Source of the DNA: a virus
Virus record (IMG/VR): IMGVR_UViG_3300030329_006606
Coordinates: 1-64,000 of that record
DNA: 64,000 nucleotides
Reading direction: 5' to 3' (one strand)
Shown: in pieces, positions 1-8,795 of the stretch
Position numbering within the stretch: position 1 is the stretch's first letter
How the letters are laid out: the number at the start of each line of letters is the position of its first letter
Made by a program: the position numbers and the translations under genes
The notes under the pieces: model-generated
The model's input: the letters and a program-made list of their open reading frames with translations, nothing else
What the model was told of the DNA's origin: nothing
Databases searched by the model: none

Positions 1-435
1 TTATATTTGTAATAATGCTTTTAGCTCCTTCCAAGTGTCATTCGTGCTTCTATCTGTGTTAATTATATGATCTGGTGTTCCTATTTCAAAATCTTCTACG
101 TGGTAATCGGCTTTATTTAATCTATCTGAAACCAATAAAATTTCCCTGACTTGATTATGGTTGTCTTCTTTAAGCTCATTTCTGAATTGGGCGTACGGGT
201 TTACCAAGCTCATTATTACGTGGCCATCAGGGTTGGACTTTTTATTTAAATAAGTAGCCACAGCGTTGGCTGCTCGAATATTTTTTTTGCGGCCACCAAA
301 TCCGTAGTCTGTATTGCAAAAAAAGGATCTAAATTCATCTCCGTCAATAATAAAAGGCGTGCCTAGATGTTCGGACAACATTCTGCCTAATGTAGTTTTT
401 CCCGACTCTGGTTGTCCGTAAAGAGAGTATATCAT
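1..435 (-). CDS. cysC: Adenylylsulfate (APS) kinase-like P-loop kinase
   Basis: GQPESGKTT P-loop, IIDGDEFR motif, RxxNI and SLVNPY segments typical of APS kinases; short phage-type version. Confidence 0.75.
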   Translation of the reverse strand: MIYSLYGQPESGKTTLGRMLSEHLGTPFIIDGDEFRSFFCNTDYGFGGRKKNIRAANAVATYLNKKSNPDGHVIMSLVNPYAQFRNELKEDNHNQVREILLVSDRLNKADYHVEDFEIGTPDHIINTDRSTNDTWKELKALLQI

Positions 436-1292
436 TTAAACCATTCCTTCAATACGTTTGAAGTTACGAATCTTAGATTCTTAAACTCCTTTAAACGCCT
501 TAACGTGTAAGGAAGCCACTGTTCTCCAAACGGTACATATATTCTAACACGATACTGTTTAGAAAGCAAGTCCTTTTGTAAGTCTCTTCGAATTCCATAT
601 AAAAATTCATAATCAAAATATTTCGGTTGCGGGATAAGTTCTTGTATGTCTTCCAGTAGCTCTTCGTCGTGCGTAGCCACCGCAGGTTTGTTGGCTTTTT
701 CTGAATATAGGTGTGCTGCGTGAGCAAAAAAACAAGAACCTATATCAAGGCTATTTTGATAAGCTATTTCTTCGCTCTCTTTATATGCTCCTTTAACTAA
801 CCTAACGGAGACGCCGTTATTAATTAAGATTCTTATATCCTTTTCTGTTCTATATAAATTTGCCTGAACCGCAACACCGACATTTTGGTATTTGTAATTC
901 AAAGACATGGCTTGATTTCTTGTTAGCTCTGTAACTCTTGAGTCTTCCATGTCTAATCTTATTGTGTGACCGTACCTTTTTGCAGCCTTGGCAATTTTAT
1001 CTAAATTTTCATAACAAATTACTGGGTTTATAAGCAAACCTAGTTGCGAAGGCTTAATTGAAATGTCTATTTTTTTGGACCAATAAAAAGAAATAATTTT
1101 TAAATATTGTTTCGTAGCCTTGTTACAGTCTTCCACGTTTGAACTTAATTCTCCAAGGTAATCTATGGAAACGTCAAAGCCTTCGTCCATTAGATTTTTT
1201 ATCTTAGGTTTAGCTGAGTCAAAATCATAACCCGCTATAAACCGTTTGGCCAATGGGTATAGTATCTTCATGTCACCAGTGTCTAGTCCCAC
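432..1292 (-). CDS. Monofunctional proline dehydrogenase
   Basis: RFIAG, DYLGE, SIKPSQLG, RLDMEDS, VRLVKGAY, VATHD, EFLYGIR, RIYVPFG..WLPY.LRRLKE motifs of ProDH; start may be a few codons downstream. Confidence 0.92.
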   Translation of the reverse strand: MGLDTGDMKILYPLAKRFIAGYDFDSAKPKIKNLMDEGFDVSIDYLGELSSNVEDCNKATKQYLKIISFYWSKKIDISIKPSQLGLLINPVICYENLDKIAKAAKRYGHTIRLDMEDSRVTELTRNQAMSLNYKYQNVGVAVQANLYRTEKDIRILINNGVSVRLVKGAYKESEEIAYQNSLDIGSCFFAHAAHLYSEKANKPAVATHDEELLEDIQELIPQPKYFDYEFLYGIRRDLQKDLLSKQYRVRIYVPFGEQWLPYTLRRLKEFKNLRFVTSNVLKEWFK

Positions 1293-1834
1293 AAATTCAA
1301 ATAATACTTACCGTACAAATCTAATCCCTCTTGTACTTTTTTAGCGTGTTCTTCTGCCTCTGACCAATCCCATTTTCTGTCATCGAAAGGTTCATAGGCT
1401 ACAGAGCCATCTTCATACTCAATTCTAGTGTGTCGAGGGTCATAATCGTCTGGCTTCTTAGGGGATGGCTCGTTATCTATATTTTCAAAAGCCCAAATAA
1501 TTTTATTTAATATTTTTTTCCATTCTTCGACTCCCTCTTCTACGTCCTTACCCTCTGATGTAAATTCTGCTGGGCAACCATGTAAATTATCTCTCAACAT
1601 TTTTAGCCTCGGAACAGCCATTTTTGCATTCCAATGAAAATAGTCAAAAGACTCGTAATGCTCGAAGCCCGTGGTTAACCTTTGCCATTTACGCCTAACC
1701 CGATAAGAAAAACTTTGCCACCACCAGCTTGGTTTGTAATAAAACCACCTTTCAAAAAAAGAAATGTTGCCACCGATGTCACTAAACATTCCGGGTACAA
1801 CTTTTTTAGATACTATTTTTCTTTCAGTTTTCAT
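1283..1834 (-). CDS. Hypothetical phage protein
   Basis: 183-aa ORF packed in operon; C-terminal EGLDLYGKYYLNLWD resembles endings of common uncharacterised phage proteins. Confidence 0.7.
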   Translation of the reverse strand: MKTERKIVSKKVVPGMFSDIGGNISFFERWFYYKPSWWWQSFSYRVRRKWQRLTTGFEHYESFDYFHWNAKMAVPRLKMLRDNLHGCPAEFTSEGKDVEEGVEEWKKILNKIIWAFENIDNEPSPKKPDDYDPRHTRIEYEDGSVAYEPFDDRKWDWSEAEEHAKKVQEGLDLYGKYYLNLWD

Positions 1835-2018
1835 TTTCTCTCGCCAATCCTTGCTCTATCCTATCCACGAACCACTTACTTAAACTCTTTTCGTGAACGC
1901 GCTTCTTACCCGTAGCTTTCTTGTAAAGTTCTTTAAAGCTCTCGGAGTATTCCACCTCCCATTCCACGCCACCATCTTCAAGAGGCGTTTCTTTAATTAT
2001 TTCAAAGTATCTATTCAT
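1824..2018 (-). CDS. Hypothetical protein
   Basis: 64-aa ORF filling the gap between neighbours. Confidence 0.6.
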   Translation of the reverse strand: MNRYFEIIKETPLEDGGVEWEVEYSESFKELYKKATGKKRVHEKSLSKWFVDRIEQGLARENEN

Positions 2019-2019
2019 T

Positions 2020-2628
2020 TTAAAATTTCAACTTGCCCTCTAATTTCCAAGAATTGTTTAACTTGTTTCCTAACCAGCGAACCCCTCGGAAAACAAGATT
2101 CACTAACCTATTCCAATACTGACCAAAAAATCTATAACGCCATTTCTGTTGATACTCTTTACGGGCTTTCATCTCCGCATCAATACGAGCACTTTGCTCT
2201 TTTCTTTGTTTATTGGACTCTTCCTTAAACTCTACAAGCTGTACCTCTCCTTCTACTTTTCCATCTTTAATGTGAACTGTATACTCCACCCAAGCATCGT
2301 GTTCGGGATCAATATTTTGAATAAAGTCATAAAAATTAATATAGCCAGTGTGTTCGTATTTAACCCATTCTTCGGATATGGGCTTTAAAGACCACATAGG
2401 ATGCCAAAATCCGCCACTCTCCTTATCTTTCTTTTCTTCTTCAGTTAGCTCTCTATTTTCGTACTCTACTTTTTTCTCGTAGAAGACTCTATCTTTGCCA
2501 ATCTTGTACTCTACAAGGGCATTATCTAAGTCCTTAGTCTGAAATTGCTTTTCATAGCGAAAGTAAGGGATTCTATCTCCCGCTCTTGGTAAGTCCATTT
2601 CGCACTGTATGTAATCAAACATTCCCAT
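2020..2628 (-). CDS. Hypothetical phage protein (MGMFD N-terminus)
   Basis: MGMFDYI...FQTKDLD pattern recurrent in phage hypotheticals. Confidence 0.75.
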   Translation of the reverse strand: MGMFDYIQCEMDLPRAGDRIPYFRYEKQFQTKDLDNALVEYKIGKDRVFYEKKVEYENRELTEEEKKDKESGGFWHPMWSLKPISEEWVKYEHTGYINFYDFIQNIDPEHDAWVEYTVHIKDGKVEGEVQLVEFKEESNKQRKEQSARIDAEMKARKEYQQKWRYRFFGQYWNRLVNLVFRGVRWLGNKLNNSWKLEGKLKF

Positions 2629-2866
2629 TGACCCACTCCGCTAATTCTTTTGCTTCTTCTTTACTTAAAATTAATTGATCATCATAATAATTACCCTTGG
2701 TCAGCGCCATCCAGCATAACTTTAGTCTCATCCACCAAGTTAATTTGACGGGGTGTAAGCCCTCTCGCCAAAAACTAACATAGATTTCTTCTTCGCCATC
2801 AAACTTGGTAAGTAGCATACCTTCGCCGTGACAACTGCATTTAATGAATTTTTCTTGGTCTGCCAT
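2615..2866 (-). CDS. Hypothetical protein with CxC motif
   Basis: 83-aa ORF directly downstream of a TTGACC-N16-TATCAT promoter. Confidence 0.7.
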   Translation of the reverse strand: MADQEKFIKCSCHGEGMLLTKFDGEEEIYVSFWREGLHPVKLTWWMRLKLCWMALTKGNYYDDQLILSKEEAKELAEWVNGNV

Positions 2867-2900
2867 CTCATAGCTAATGATACCCTGTTTTTTTGAAGGG

Positions 2901-3842
2901 TCAAGAATATTCGTGGCTTAATCTGTAAATTAATTCTGCGATGGCAATATCCTCAATTGCTACACCCGTAGAATCAAATACTGATACGCCCTTGTCTAGC
3001 TGCATGGTTTTATGATTCTTGATTAGGTGTTTCATTGAGTTAACATCTAGATGCGGCCATTCGTTATATTGTAATTCACCTGAGTGTGACGCTTGCGTTG
3101 GGTCATCGCATATAATGTTGGCAGAACCGTCGATAACATTAGTCATCAATTCGCGCTTACCAACAGCGTCTGCACCAACCGCATTTACATGACAATTACT
3201 TTTAAGATCAAGTATGTTTAGGTAGCCCTCAGTCGAGGGCGTAAGTGTGGTTATGACATCAGCGTATTTGACTGTGTCTTTAACATTGTCATTATAGCCC
3301 CACGCTTGCGCGATATTCTCTCTCCCGATCCATTTATGAAGTTTTTTCATGGCATCCCTGTTTCGATCATGGATTTCCACGGTCATATTCATATGTCCAA
3401 AGATAGACTCGTAAGCCTCAATGTGATATTTGGCTTGTAGGCCGCAACCTATGAAGGCAAACTCCCGCGCGTCTGGGGCGCAATATTTGGCTGCGATAGC
3501 TGAAGTGGCGGCGGTTCTGTAAGCGGTAAGGGTTGTGCAATCCATGCTCATCAGTGGTTGGCCTGTGAACCTATCGTTTAAGATGAGAGTGCCTATGGTT
3601 GTGGGTAATCCACGTTTGTGGTTTGCGGGAAAAACACCAATCCATTTTATAGCTGAATAGCCTCCCAATACGGCCGGCATTGCCCTGAAATCTCCATCGA
3701 AAGCTTCAGCACTACAGGGGATGTAAATTTTCTCTACCATACCCGCCGTTGAGTCAAGAAATACTGATTCTATGGATTCTAAAACGTCATGCCACCTAAG
3801 GTGTAACAATCCTAAAACTTCTTCGTCTTGTAAATGTTTCAT
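2901..3842 (-). CDS. Ornithine cyclodeaminase / mu-crystallin family protein
   Basis: RAMPA, KWIGVFPAN, LTAYRTAA, FIGCGLQA Rossmann, HVNAVGAD..GKREL, VFDSTGVAIED. Confidence 0.92.
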   Translation of the reverse strand: MKHLQDEEVLGLLHLRWHDVLESIESVFLDSTAGMVEKIYIPCSAEAFDGDFRAMPAVLGGYSAIKWIGVFPANHKRGLPTTIGTLILNDRFTGQPLMSMDCTTLTAYRTAATSAIAAKYCAPDAREFAFIGCGLQAKYHIEAYESIFGHMNMTVEIHDRNRDAMKKLHKWIGRENIAQAWGYNDNVKDTVKYADVITTLTPSTEGYLNILDLKSNCHVNAVGADAVGKRELMTNVIDGSANIICDDPTQASHSGELQYNEWPHLDVNSMKHLIKNHKTMQLDKGVSVFDSTGVAIEDIAIAELIYRLSHEYS

Positions 3843-4843
3843 TTTGTGAAATTTCTTGGCAGCATGTTATAATTAATGCAATTATTTGGCGATACTTTCC
3901 CCATTAAAACATTTTTAGCTGTTAAAGCAGCCTTATGCTTCATCTCCTGAAAGGATTCCATACTGTAAAACCCACAGTGGGGGGTTACTATAAGGTTTGG
4001 GGTTTGCCCCTCCTTCTTCGATTGTAAGGGTTCGTTTTCAATCACATCTAAAGCTGCTCCTGCGATTTTATTCTTTCTCAACGCGCTAAACAAGTCAGCC
4101 TTTTTGATTATTGGCCCCCTCGCTGTGTTAATTATAAAGCAGTTGGCGCGCATTTTATTTAACTGTTTATGGGTAATCATATGATGAGTTTCATCAGTTA
4201 GTGGGCAGTTTATAGAAATAACGTCCATGTTTGAAATTATGTCATTAAAATTTTTGCACCTATTAATGCCTAAAGATTTTTCTACACCGTCAGAAAGATA
4301 AGGGTCGTAAAACCAAACCTCAAATCCAAGAGCCTTAGCTTTTAGAGCAACTGACGTTCCAATTCTACCTAAGCCAATCACGCCGAACATCATCTGATTA
4401 AAGCGCCTGATTTTGTTTTTGTTTTGCACGTCCCATCCTAAATTTTTACAATGTTCGTGATTGGGGATTATCTGGCGGCATAAAGCCAAAGCCAAAGCTA
4501 TAGATTGGTCGGCCACCTCGTCGGTTCCGTAGTCTGGCACGTTATAAACTGGGATATCGCTACATGTCGCTGCAGGTATGTCAACGGTATCGAAGCCCGT
4601 TCCGTTTCTTACGATACATTTGCAATCTTCCAGCTTATGTATGACTTCTTGAGGCATTCTGGTGTTGTGCCACAAGAGAACTGCGTCAGCCTTAAGGAGT
4701 CCCCCTTTCCAGTCATCTTCTGTGTCGCAAAGGAAATACCTCACATGCGCAAGTTCGCCGATAGCTTCTTTTTCTACTTGGCACTTCTTGTCACCCCGAG
4801 GTTCAGGTTTCCAATCTACAACTGCAACTAGTGGTTTTTTCAT
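3839..4843 (-). CDS. D-isomer-specific 2-hydroxyacid dehydrogenase (CtBP-like)
   Basis: RNGTGFD, NVPDYG, GLGRIG, INTARG, AALDV.E.EP, TPHCGFYS. Confidence 0.92.
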   Translation of the reverse strand: MKKPLVAVVDWKPEPRGDKKCQVEKEAIGELAHVRYFLCDTEDDWKGGLLKADAVLLWHNTRMPQEVIHKLEDCKCIVRNGTGFDTVDIPAATCSDIPVYNVPDYGTDEVADQSIALALALCRQIIPNHEHCKNLGWDVQNKNKIRRFNQMMFGVIGLGRIGTSVALKAKALGFEVWFYDPYLSDGVEKSLGINRCKNFNDIISNMDVISINCPLTDETHHMITHKQLNKMRANCFIINTARGPIIKKADLFSALRKNKIAGAALDVIENEPLQSKKEGQTPNLIVTPHCGFYSMESFQEMKHKAALTAKNVLMGKVSPNNCINYNMLPRNFTK

Positions 4844-5448
4844 TCTCCCAACGGGTTTAACAGGCTTGCTGGTAGTTCGTTAATATCAATAACCTCACCA
4901 TTTTCGTCTGTAACAAACCTGAAAGCTATTTTTTCTTGCCCTACTGACTCGAATTGAATTTTCTTAGTTTTAATCTCTTTATAAGGTTTAATTTTTATTA
5001 ATTTTACAGTAGCAACTACAGGCTCCTCATCTCTCTTTGAGTAGACGTGGATGGTGGTGATATTCTCCCCTTTTAACGCCCCCCTGAAAGATACAATCTC
5101 TTCGTGAAACTCAACTAACGCGCCCCTTTGCCCTTCTGGTAGATGATTATTTCTCAAACCTAAAGCATCGTGATCCAAGCTGATTAGGCTGCCTTGGCCT
5201 CCTTCTCTGTTGTTAAAACTTACTGTATGTCCAGAAGCGGCCCGAACGTATAAGTCTAAATCATCACCACTTTCACCATCCCAAGTTAAAATAACTTCAT
5301 ACAGTACGTTGGGAGGTCGCATCTTCGTTTTCTCTTCTTCACTTTTTAGCAAAAAAAGAATAGCTACCAACATCAACAAGCAACAAAAGAGTACGTCAAT
5401 GAAGGGTCTAAAAGTAAAAAACTTTCTATATCCTCTGTTAACAGCCAT
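4840..5448 (-). CDS. ExbD/MotB-like membrane-anchored protein with YfaP/DUF2135-like C-terminal domain
   Basis: N-terminal PFIDVLFCCLLML TM helix with Asp; LTW...DLDLYV...SLDHD...EEI domain; follows an ExbB-like gene. Confidence 0.65.
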   Translation of the reverse strand: MAVNRGYRKFFTFRPFIDVLFCCLLMLVAILFLLKSEEEKTKMRPPNVLYEVILTWDGESGDDLDLYVRAASGHTVSFNNREGGQGSLISLDHDALGLRNNHLPEGQRGALVEFHEEIVSFRGALKGENITTIHVYSKRDEEPVVATVKLIKIKPYKEIKTKKIQFESVGQEKIAFRFVTDENGEVIDINELPASLLNPLGE

Positions 5449-5450
5449 GG

Positions 5451-5936
5451 TTAATCTTCCTCTAATTTAAATTTCAAAATCATTAGTTGCCCCTGTAAGG
5501 GTAAGCTAAAAACTATGCCGCAAATCGTCGTGTAAAACGCTGTGTTTAATCCTTGTTTTAGTCCGGCAACGATTGTGGTTACTTGGGCGTCTGGATCGAG
5601 GTTTGTGGCTGTAGCCACGCACAACCCAAAAACGGTACCAAGCAACCCAAGGGAAAAAAAGTGCTCCGCAGCAAACCAACCTATTTCAGCGCGCCGAGCG
5701 AGGAACTTTTTAGCCTGTCTTTCTTTGCCTTCGGCTACCTTGTCCGACAGGTAACATAGTTTACCCACGAATCCAGAAACCAAAAGGTAAAGCAACATAA
5801 TAACAACGGTCAGGTAACTAACGTCATTCTTTACCATCAACGAGATTGCGCCTTTTGTTTCCGCAAAAAATATGGCTGTTAAAAAAATAGCGTTAAGTAA
5901 AAACCATTTTGTAAATGTAATCATTTTTATTTTCAT
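5451..5936 (-). CDS. MotA/TolQ/ExbB proton-channel family protein
   Basis: Multiple TM helices; LGLLGTV.GL and GLNTAFYTT.CG signatures; start placed at ATGA overlap with upstream stop. Confidence 0.85.
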   Translation of the reverse strand: MKIKMITFTKWFLLNAIFLTAIFFAETKGAISLMVKNDVSYLTVVIMLLYLLVSGFVGKLCYLSDKVAEGKERQAKKFLARRAEIGWFAAEHFFSLGLLGTVFGLCVATATNLDPDAQVTTIVAGLKQGLNTAFYTTICGIVFSLPLQGQLMILKFKLEED

Positions 5937-6331
5937 TTTTCCCAAATTTCCTTTATACTTTGTAAGGGCGTTTCGCCCATGTACCATACTTGGCAGCTAA
6001 ATTTATCTATTTCCGGCCAATCCATGACGTTCTGTATCATAAATATATAATTATCTGATATATTTGTAAATATACACTCTAACCTCGTTATTTTATCCTC
6101 TGTCAGCCTAGCAACTAATTGTGGTTTAATATTGGTTAAACCGCCAATCACTTTTTGACAATATTTTAAACTCGCTTCTGGGTTTTTTGTCATTTTTATC
6201 GACTCTATGTCTGTCCCTTTGGGTGCTACGCCATTAAGCAATAGGAGGTGCACGTATTGGTCATGCAAACTATCTAATTTATTATAGAAGACTTCTTCCG
6301 CTTCTGCACTAAATATGTATTGCTCCGCCAT
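5933..6331 (-). CDS. Hypothetical protein
   Basis: 132-aa ORF coupled to downstream gene. Confidence 0.7.
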   Translation of the reverse strand: MAEQYIFSAEAEEVFYNKLDSLHDQYVHLLLLNGVAPKGTDIESIKMTKNPEASLKYCQKVIGGLTNIKPQLVARLTEDKITRLECIFTNISDNYIFMIQNVMDWPEIDKFSCQVWYMGETPLQSIKEIWEK

Positions 6332-6423
6332 TTAGCTCTATCCAATTTAATCTGTCTCTTGAGTGAAGAGTTCTCATTTTCAAGGCTTCTTATCCTAGAC
6401 TCAAGCTTTAAAATTTTCCACAT
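6274..6423 (-). CDS. Possible small coiled-coil protein
   Basis: MWKILKLESRIRSLENENSSLKRQ heptad pattern fills a gap, but overlaps next gene by 58 nt. Confidence 0.4.
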   Translation of the reverse strand: MWKILKLESRIRSLENENSSLKRQIKLDRAKWRSNTYLVQKRKKSSIIN

Positions 6424-6436
6424 TAGTATGTTTTTT

Positions 6437-7117
6437 TTATTTATTCGCGCACAAAACAAATGCATCTAAATAACCTTTCTCTCTACGCTTTATGGCTCTT
6501 ATTGGTGTTGCGTCATGTAAAAGTTTTTTATCTGCAAGCATAAATAAGTCTCCAGCGGAGAGCGGTTTTGACACAATCGGATTTTCCCTATTTTCTGGAG
6601 AAAATACAAGTAAGTTACCACCTTCGATATTGTACCTATTTATTCCTACCATACATATATAGTCGTATCCATCTCTGTGTATGCCCTCTGGGGAAACTGG
6701 TGTCACAACCCAAGGACCGTTCTTAGTTAATAAATCAGACCTGTCTAGCGTTTGGATTCTCATTTGGTGGATTTCGGCAATTTGGCCGTCTATAAGATTG
6801 TTAGATTCTTTAAATTGAAGACAAATATCTTTAAATCCAGTACTTTGGACGACATTCTCTTCTAAGTCTTCAAATATTCTTATTTTTCCACCTTGGTGGG
6901 GATTTAGCTCCTCTGATTGAATAAATTCTTCGTTTGGTTTAATTTCTAGCTCCACCTCTCTCTTAGCGTTCCAAAACGTGGAGCGAATTTCTACGCGCGA
7001 AAACCTTCTTAATCTATATTTTCCATCTTCATGGTCTGTTTCTGGTAGGTTTTCAAATGAGTCAACTAAGCATTCAACCGACTCTTTATCTAGCTGGTTT
7101 AGCTGTAACAATTTCAT
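6437..7117 (-). CDS. 2OG-Fe(II) dioxygenase (BsmA / isoleucine-dioxygenase-like family)
   Basis: YRLRRFS, F.Q...N...GG..R.F, HQMRI, SPEGIHRDG (HxD), LLHDATPI. Confidence 0.85.
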   Translation of the reverse strand: MKLLQLNQLDKESVECLVDSFENLPETDHEDGKYRLRRFSRVEIRSTFWNAKREVELEIKPNEEFIQSEELNPHQGGKIRIFEDLEENVVQSTGFKDICLQFKESNNLIDGQIAEIHQMRIQTLDRSDLLTKNGPWVVTPVSPEGIHRDGYDYICMVGINRYNIEGGNLLVFSPENRENPIVSKPLSAGDLFMLADKKLLHDATPIRAIKRREKGYLDAFVLCANK

Positions 7118-7175
7118 AACTAAATAAAGTATAACATATTTTGTTTTTAAAGCAAGCTAAAACTTATAATTTATT

Positions 7176-7532
7176 ATGAGTAATTGGGTAGACTTAGCTC
7201 CTGAAATTTGTAGACAAAGAATGGTGATAGAAGGTACTCTGCATAACTCTTTTACACCGAAAGAGATGAAGCAGTACTGCCAAGAAATATCACAGGTTCT
7301 TGATATGACACCGGTATCAACTCCACATTTATCTTTTGAAGAAAAATACGGCTGGTGTTGTTTTATGCACTGGAAGGAATCTGGAATGCATATATATAGT
7401 TGGGAAAATCGTAAGCCACAGTTTTTCTCTATAGATATTTATACGTGTAAAAAGTTCGCGCCTGACCACGCCATGAACTATACGAATGAATTTTTCGGCG
7501 AAAATCTAATCAAGGTCGTCTGGAAAGAATGA
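7176..7532 (+). CDS. Pyruvoyl-dependent SpeD/AdoMetDC-like decarboxylase proenzyme
   Basis: KE|SGMHIYSW self-cleavage site and IDIYTC motif; substrate uncertain. Confidence 0.8.
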   Translation: MSNWVDLAPEICRQRMVIEGTLHNSFTPKEMKQYCQEISQVLDMTPVSTPHLSFEEKYGWCCFMHWKESGMHIYSWENRKPQFFSIDIYTCKKFAPDHAMNYTNEFFGENLIKVVWKE

Positions 7533-7589
7533 TATATCGTCCACCTTGGGTTGTGATTTCTCTCCCGGTTTAAAATCGATATTTTTGGA

Positions 7590-7820
7590 TTAACCACACA
7601 GAACCCAATGTGTCCAGCCATAAATATTAGCAAGAACTAATACAAAAGACATGACTACGGTGGGGTAGGCTTCTTTTTTAATAGAATAAACTCCTACTAG
7701 AGAATTTCCAACCACCCAAATTGGCCAACAATAAACACTCTGGTGCGCGTTAAAAATATACCCAAGCAAAACAAGTGCCGCACCAAGCCATCCCATCCAA
7801 TTTTTTTTCATATATTCCAT
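7590..7820 (-). CDS. Small PnuC-like three-TM membrane protein
   Basis: WPIWVVGN and NIYGW motifs of PnuC half-transporters. Confidence 0.6.
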   Translation of the reverse strand: MEYMKKNWMGWLGAALVLLGYIFNAHQSVYCWPIWVVGNSLVGVYSIKKEAYPTVVMSFVLVLANIYGWTHWVLCG

Positions 7821-8449
7821 TATAACTTCTTGGAGGAGGATGCTGGCGTTAGTAACCTCGCACTTTCTTTATCTTTAAATAGATTTCTTTCTGCACAATA
7901 GTAACATTTAAGTAATTCCTTATTGATACCTAGCTTTTCTCTTATGTTTTGTATCTTGTGGTCCGCGAATTTTCCGAAATCCACTTGGGAAAGATCCGTT
8001 GGGCACCTGCTCCCCGCCATGACGCCCGAGTAAAAAATATAACGTTCTTCCTCTGTAAACTTGTAGCCTTCGGGGTAAAGATATTTACAAACCCACAAAA
8101 ATAAATTACGACGCCATCGACTCATTTTTTTGCCTGACCCCATTGTGTAGCCTATAACAAAGGCTTCGTCTTTAGGCAACAATCCCCTTCCCAAAACTAC
8201 ATGAATGCAATCATGCGTAAATAAGTCTACTGCGCCTGTGAAAAGTTTGGAGGTGAAGTATTTGGGGTTTTCTGTAAGTTTGATTATTAACGGTACATCT
8301 TCTTGGGCTAATTTGAACTCATGCATTCCGTCAAGAACTTTGTAAAGTTTGCTAGAGCCTTTTGATAGGGGGTGATGCCAGTCTGCTGCTAATTGGGCTT
8401 GCTTTTCTTTTTCTTCTTTTTCAAATTGGATGTATTCGTACGGCGTCAT
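7820..8449 (-). CDS. Coq4-like (HDxxH...E) metal-binding protein
   Basis: THDCIHVVLGRGLLPKDEAFVIG matches the HDxxH-x11-E pattern. Confidence 0.55.
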   Translation of the reverse strand: MTPYEYIQFEKEEKEKQAQLAADWHHPLSKGSSKLYKVLDGMHEFKLAQEDVPLIIKLTENPKYFTSKLFTGAVDLFTHDCIHVVLGRGLLPKDEAFVIGYTMGSGKKMSRWRRNLFLWVCKYLYPEGYKFTEEERYIFYSGVMAGSRCPTDLSQVDFGKFADHKIQNIREKLGINKELLKCYYCAERNLFKDKESARLLTPASSSKKL

Positions 8450-8522
8450 GTTGTTATGATAAATATTTTTTTTAAAATATCAAGACTTATTACAAGCCTT
8501 TCTTATTGGTGTAGGCTTTTAT

Positions 8523-8557
8523 AAAAAAACCCACCAATCTACATTATAGACGGGTGG
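8523..8557 (-). terminator. Probable intrinsic terminator
   Basis: CCCACC...GGTGGG hairpin followed by T-run on minus strand, after the 8591 gene. Confidence 0.55.
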
Positions 8558-8590
8558 GCGTGTTTTTATTATGAAACAAGTGTTTTTGTT

Positions 8591-8791
8591 TTACTTCTTT
8601 TTCTTCGTTTCGGATTCAGTTGCTTTTACCTCAGCTTTAACTAGAGGTAGTGTTACACTAGCACCTGATGTTCCCGCATTGGCACCGATAACTGCCGAAT
8701 CGTTAGCCTTTGTACCAAGTGTAACTGTGCTTGAGCAACCTGCGGCAGTAAAAATAAACACTGCCATAATAAATGTAATTAGAGTTTTCAT
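8591..8791 (-). CDS. Small lipoprotein
   Basis: MKTLITFIMAVFIFTAAGC lipobox. Confidence 0.7.
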   Translation of the reverse strand: MKTLITFIMAVFIFTAAGCSSTVTLGTKANDSAVIGANAGTSGASVTLPLVKAEVKATESETKKKK

Positions 8792-8795
8792 TTTA

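Noticed and set aside
4840-5936. Zorya defence system
   Set aside because: No long ZorA tail, no OmpA-like domain, no zorC/D/E
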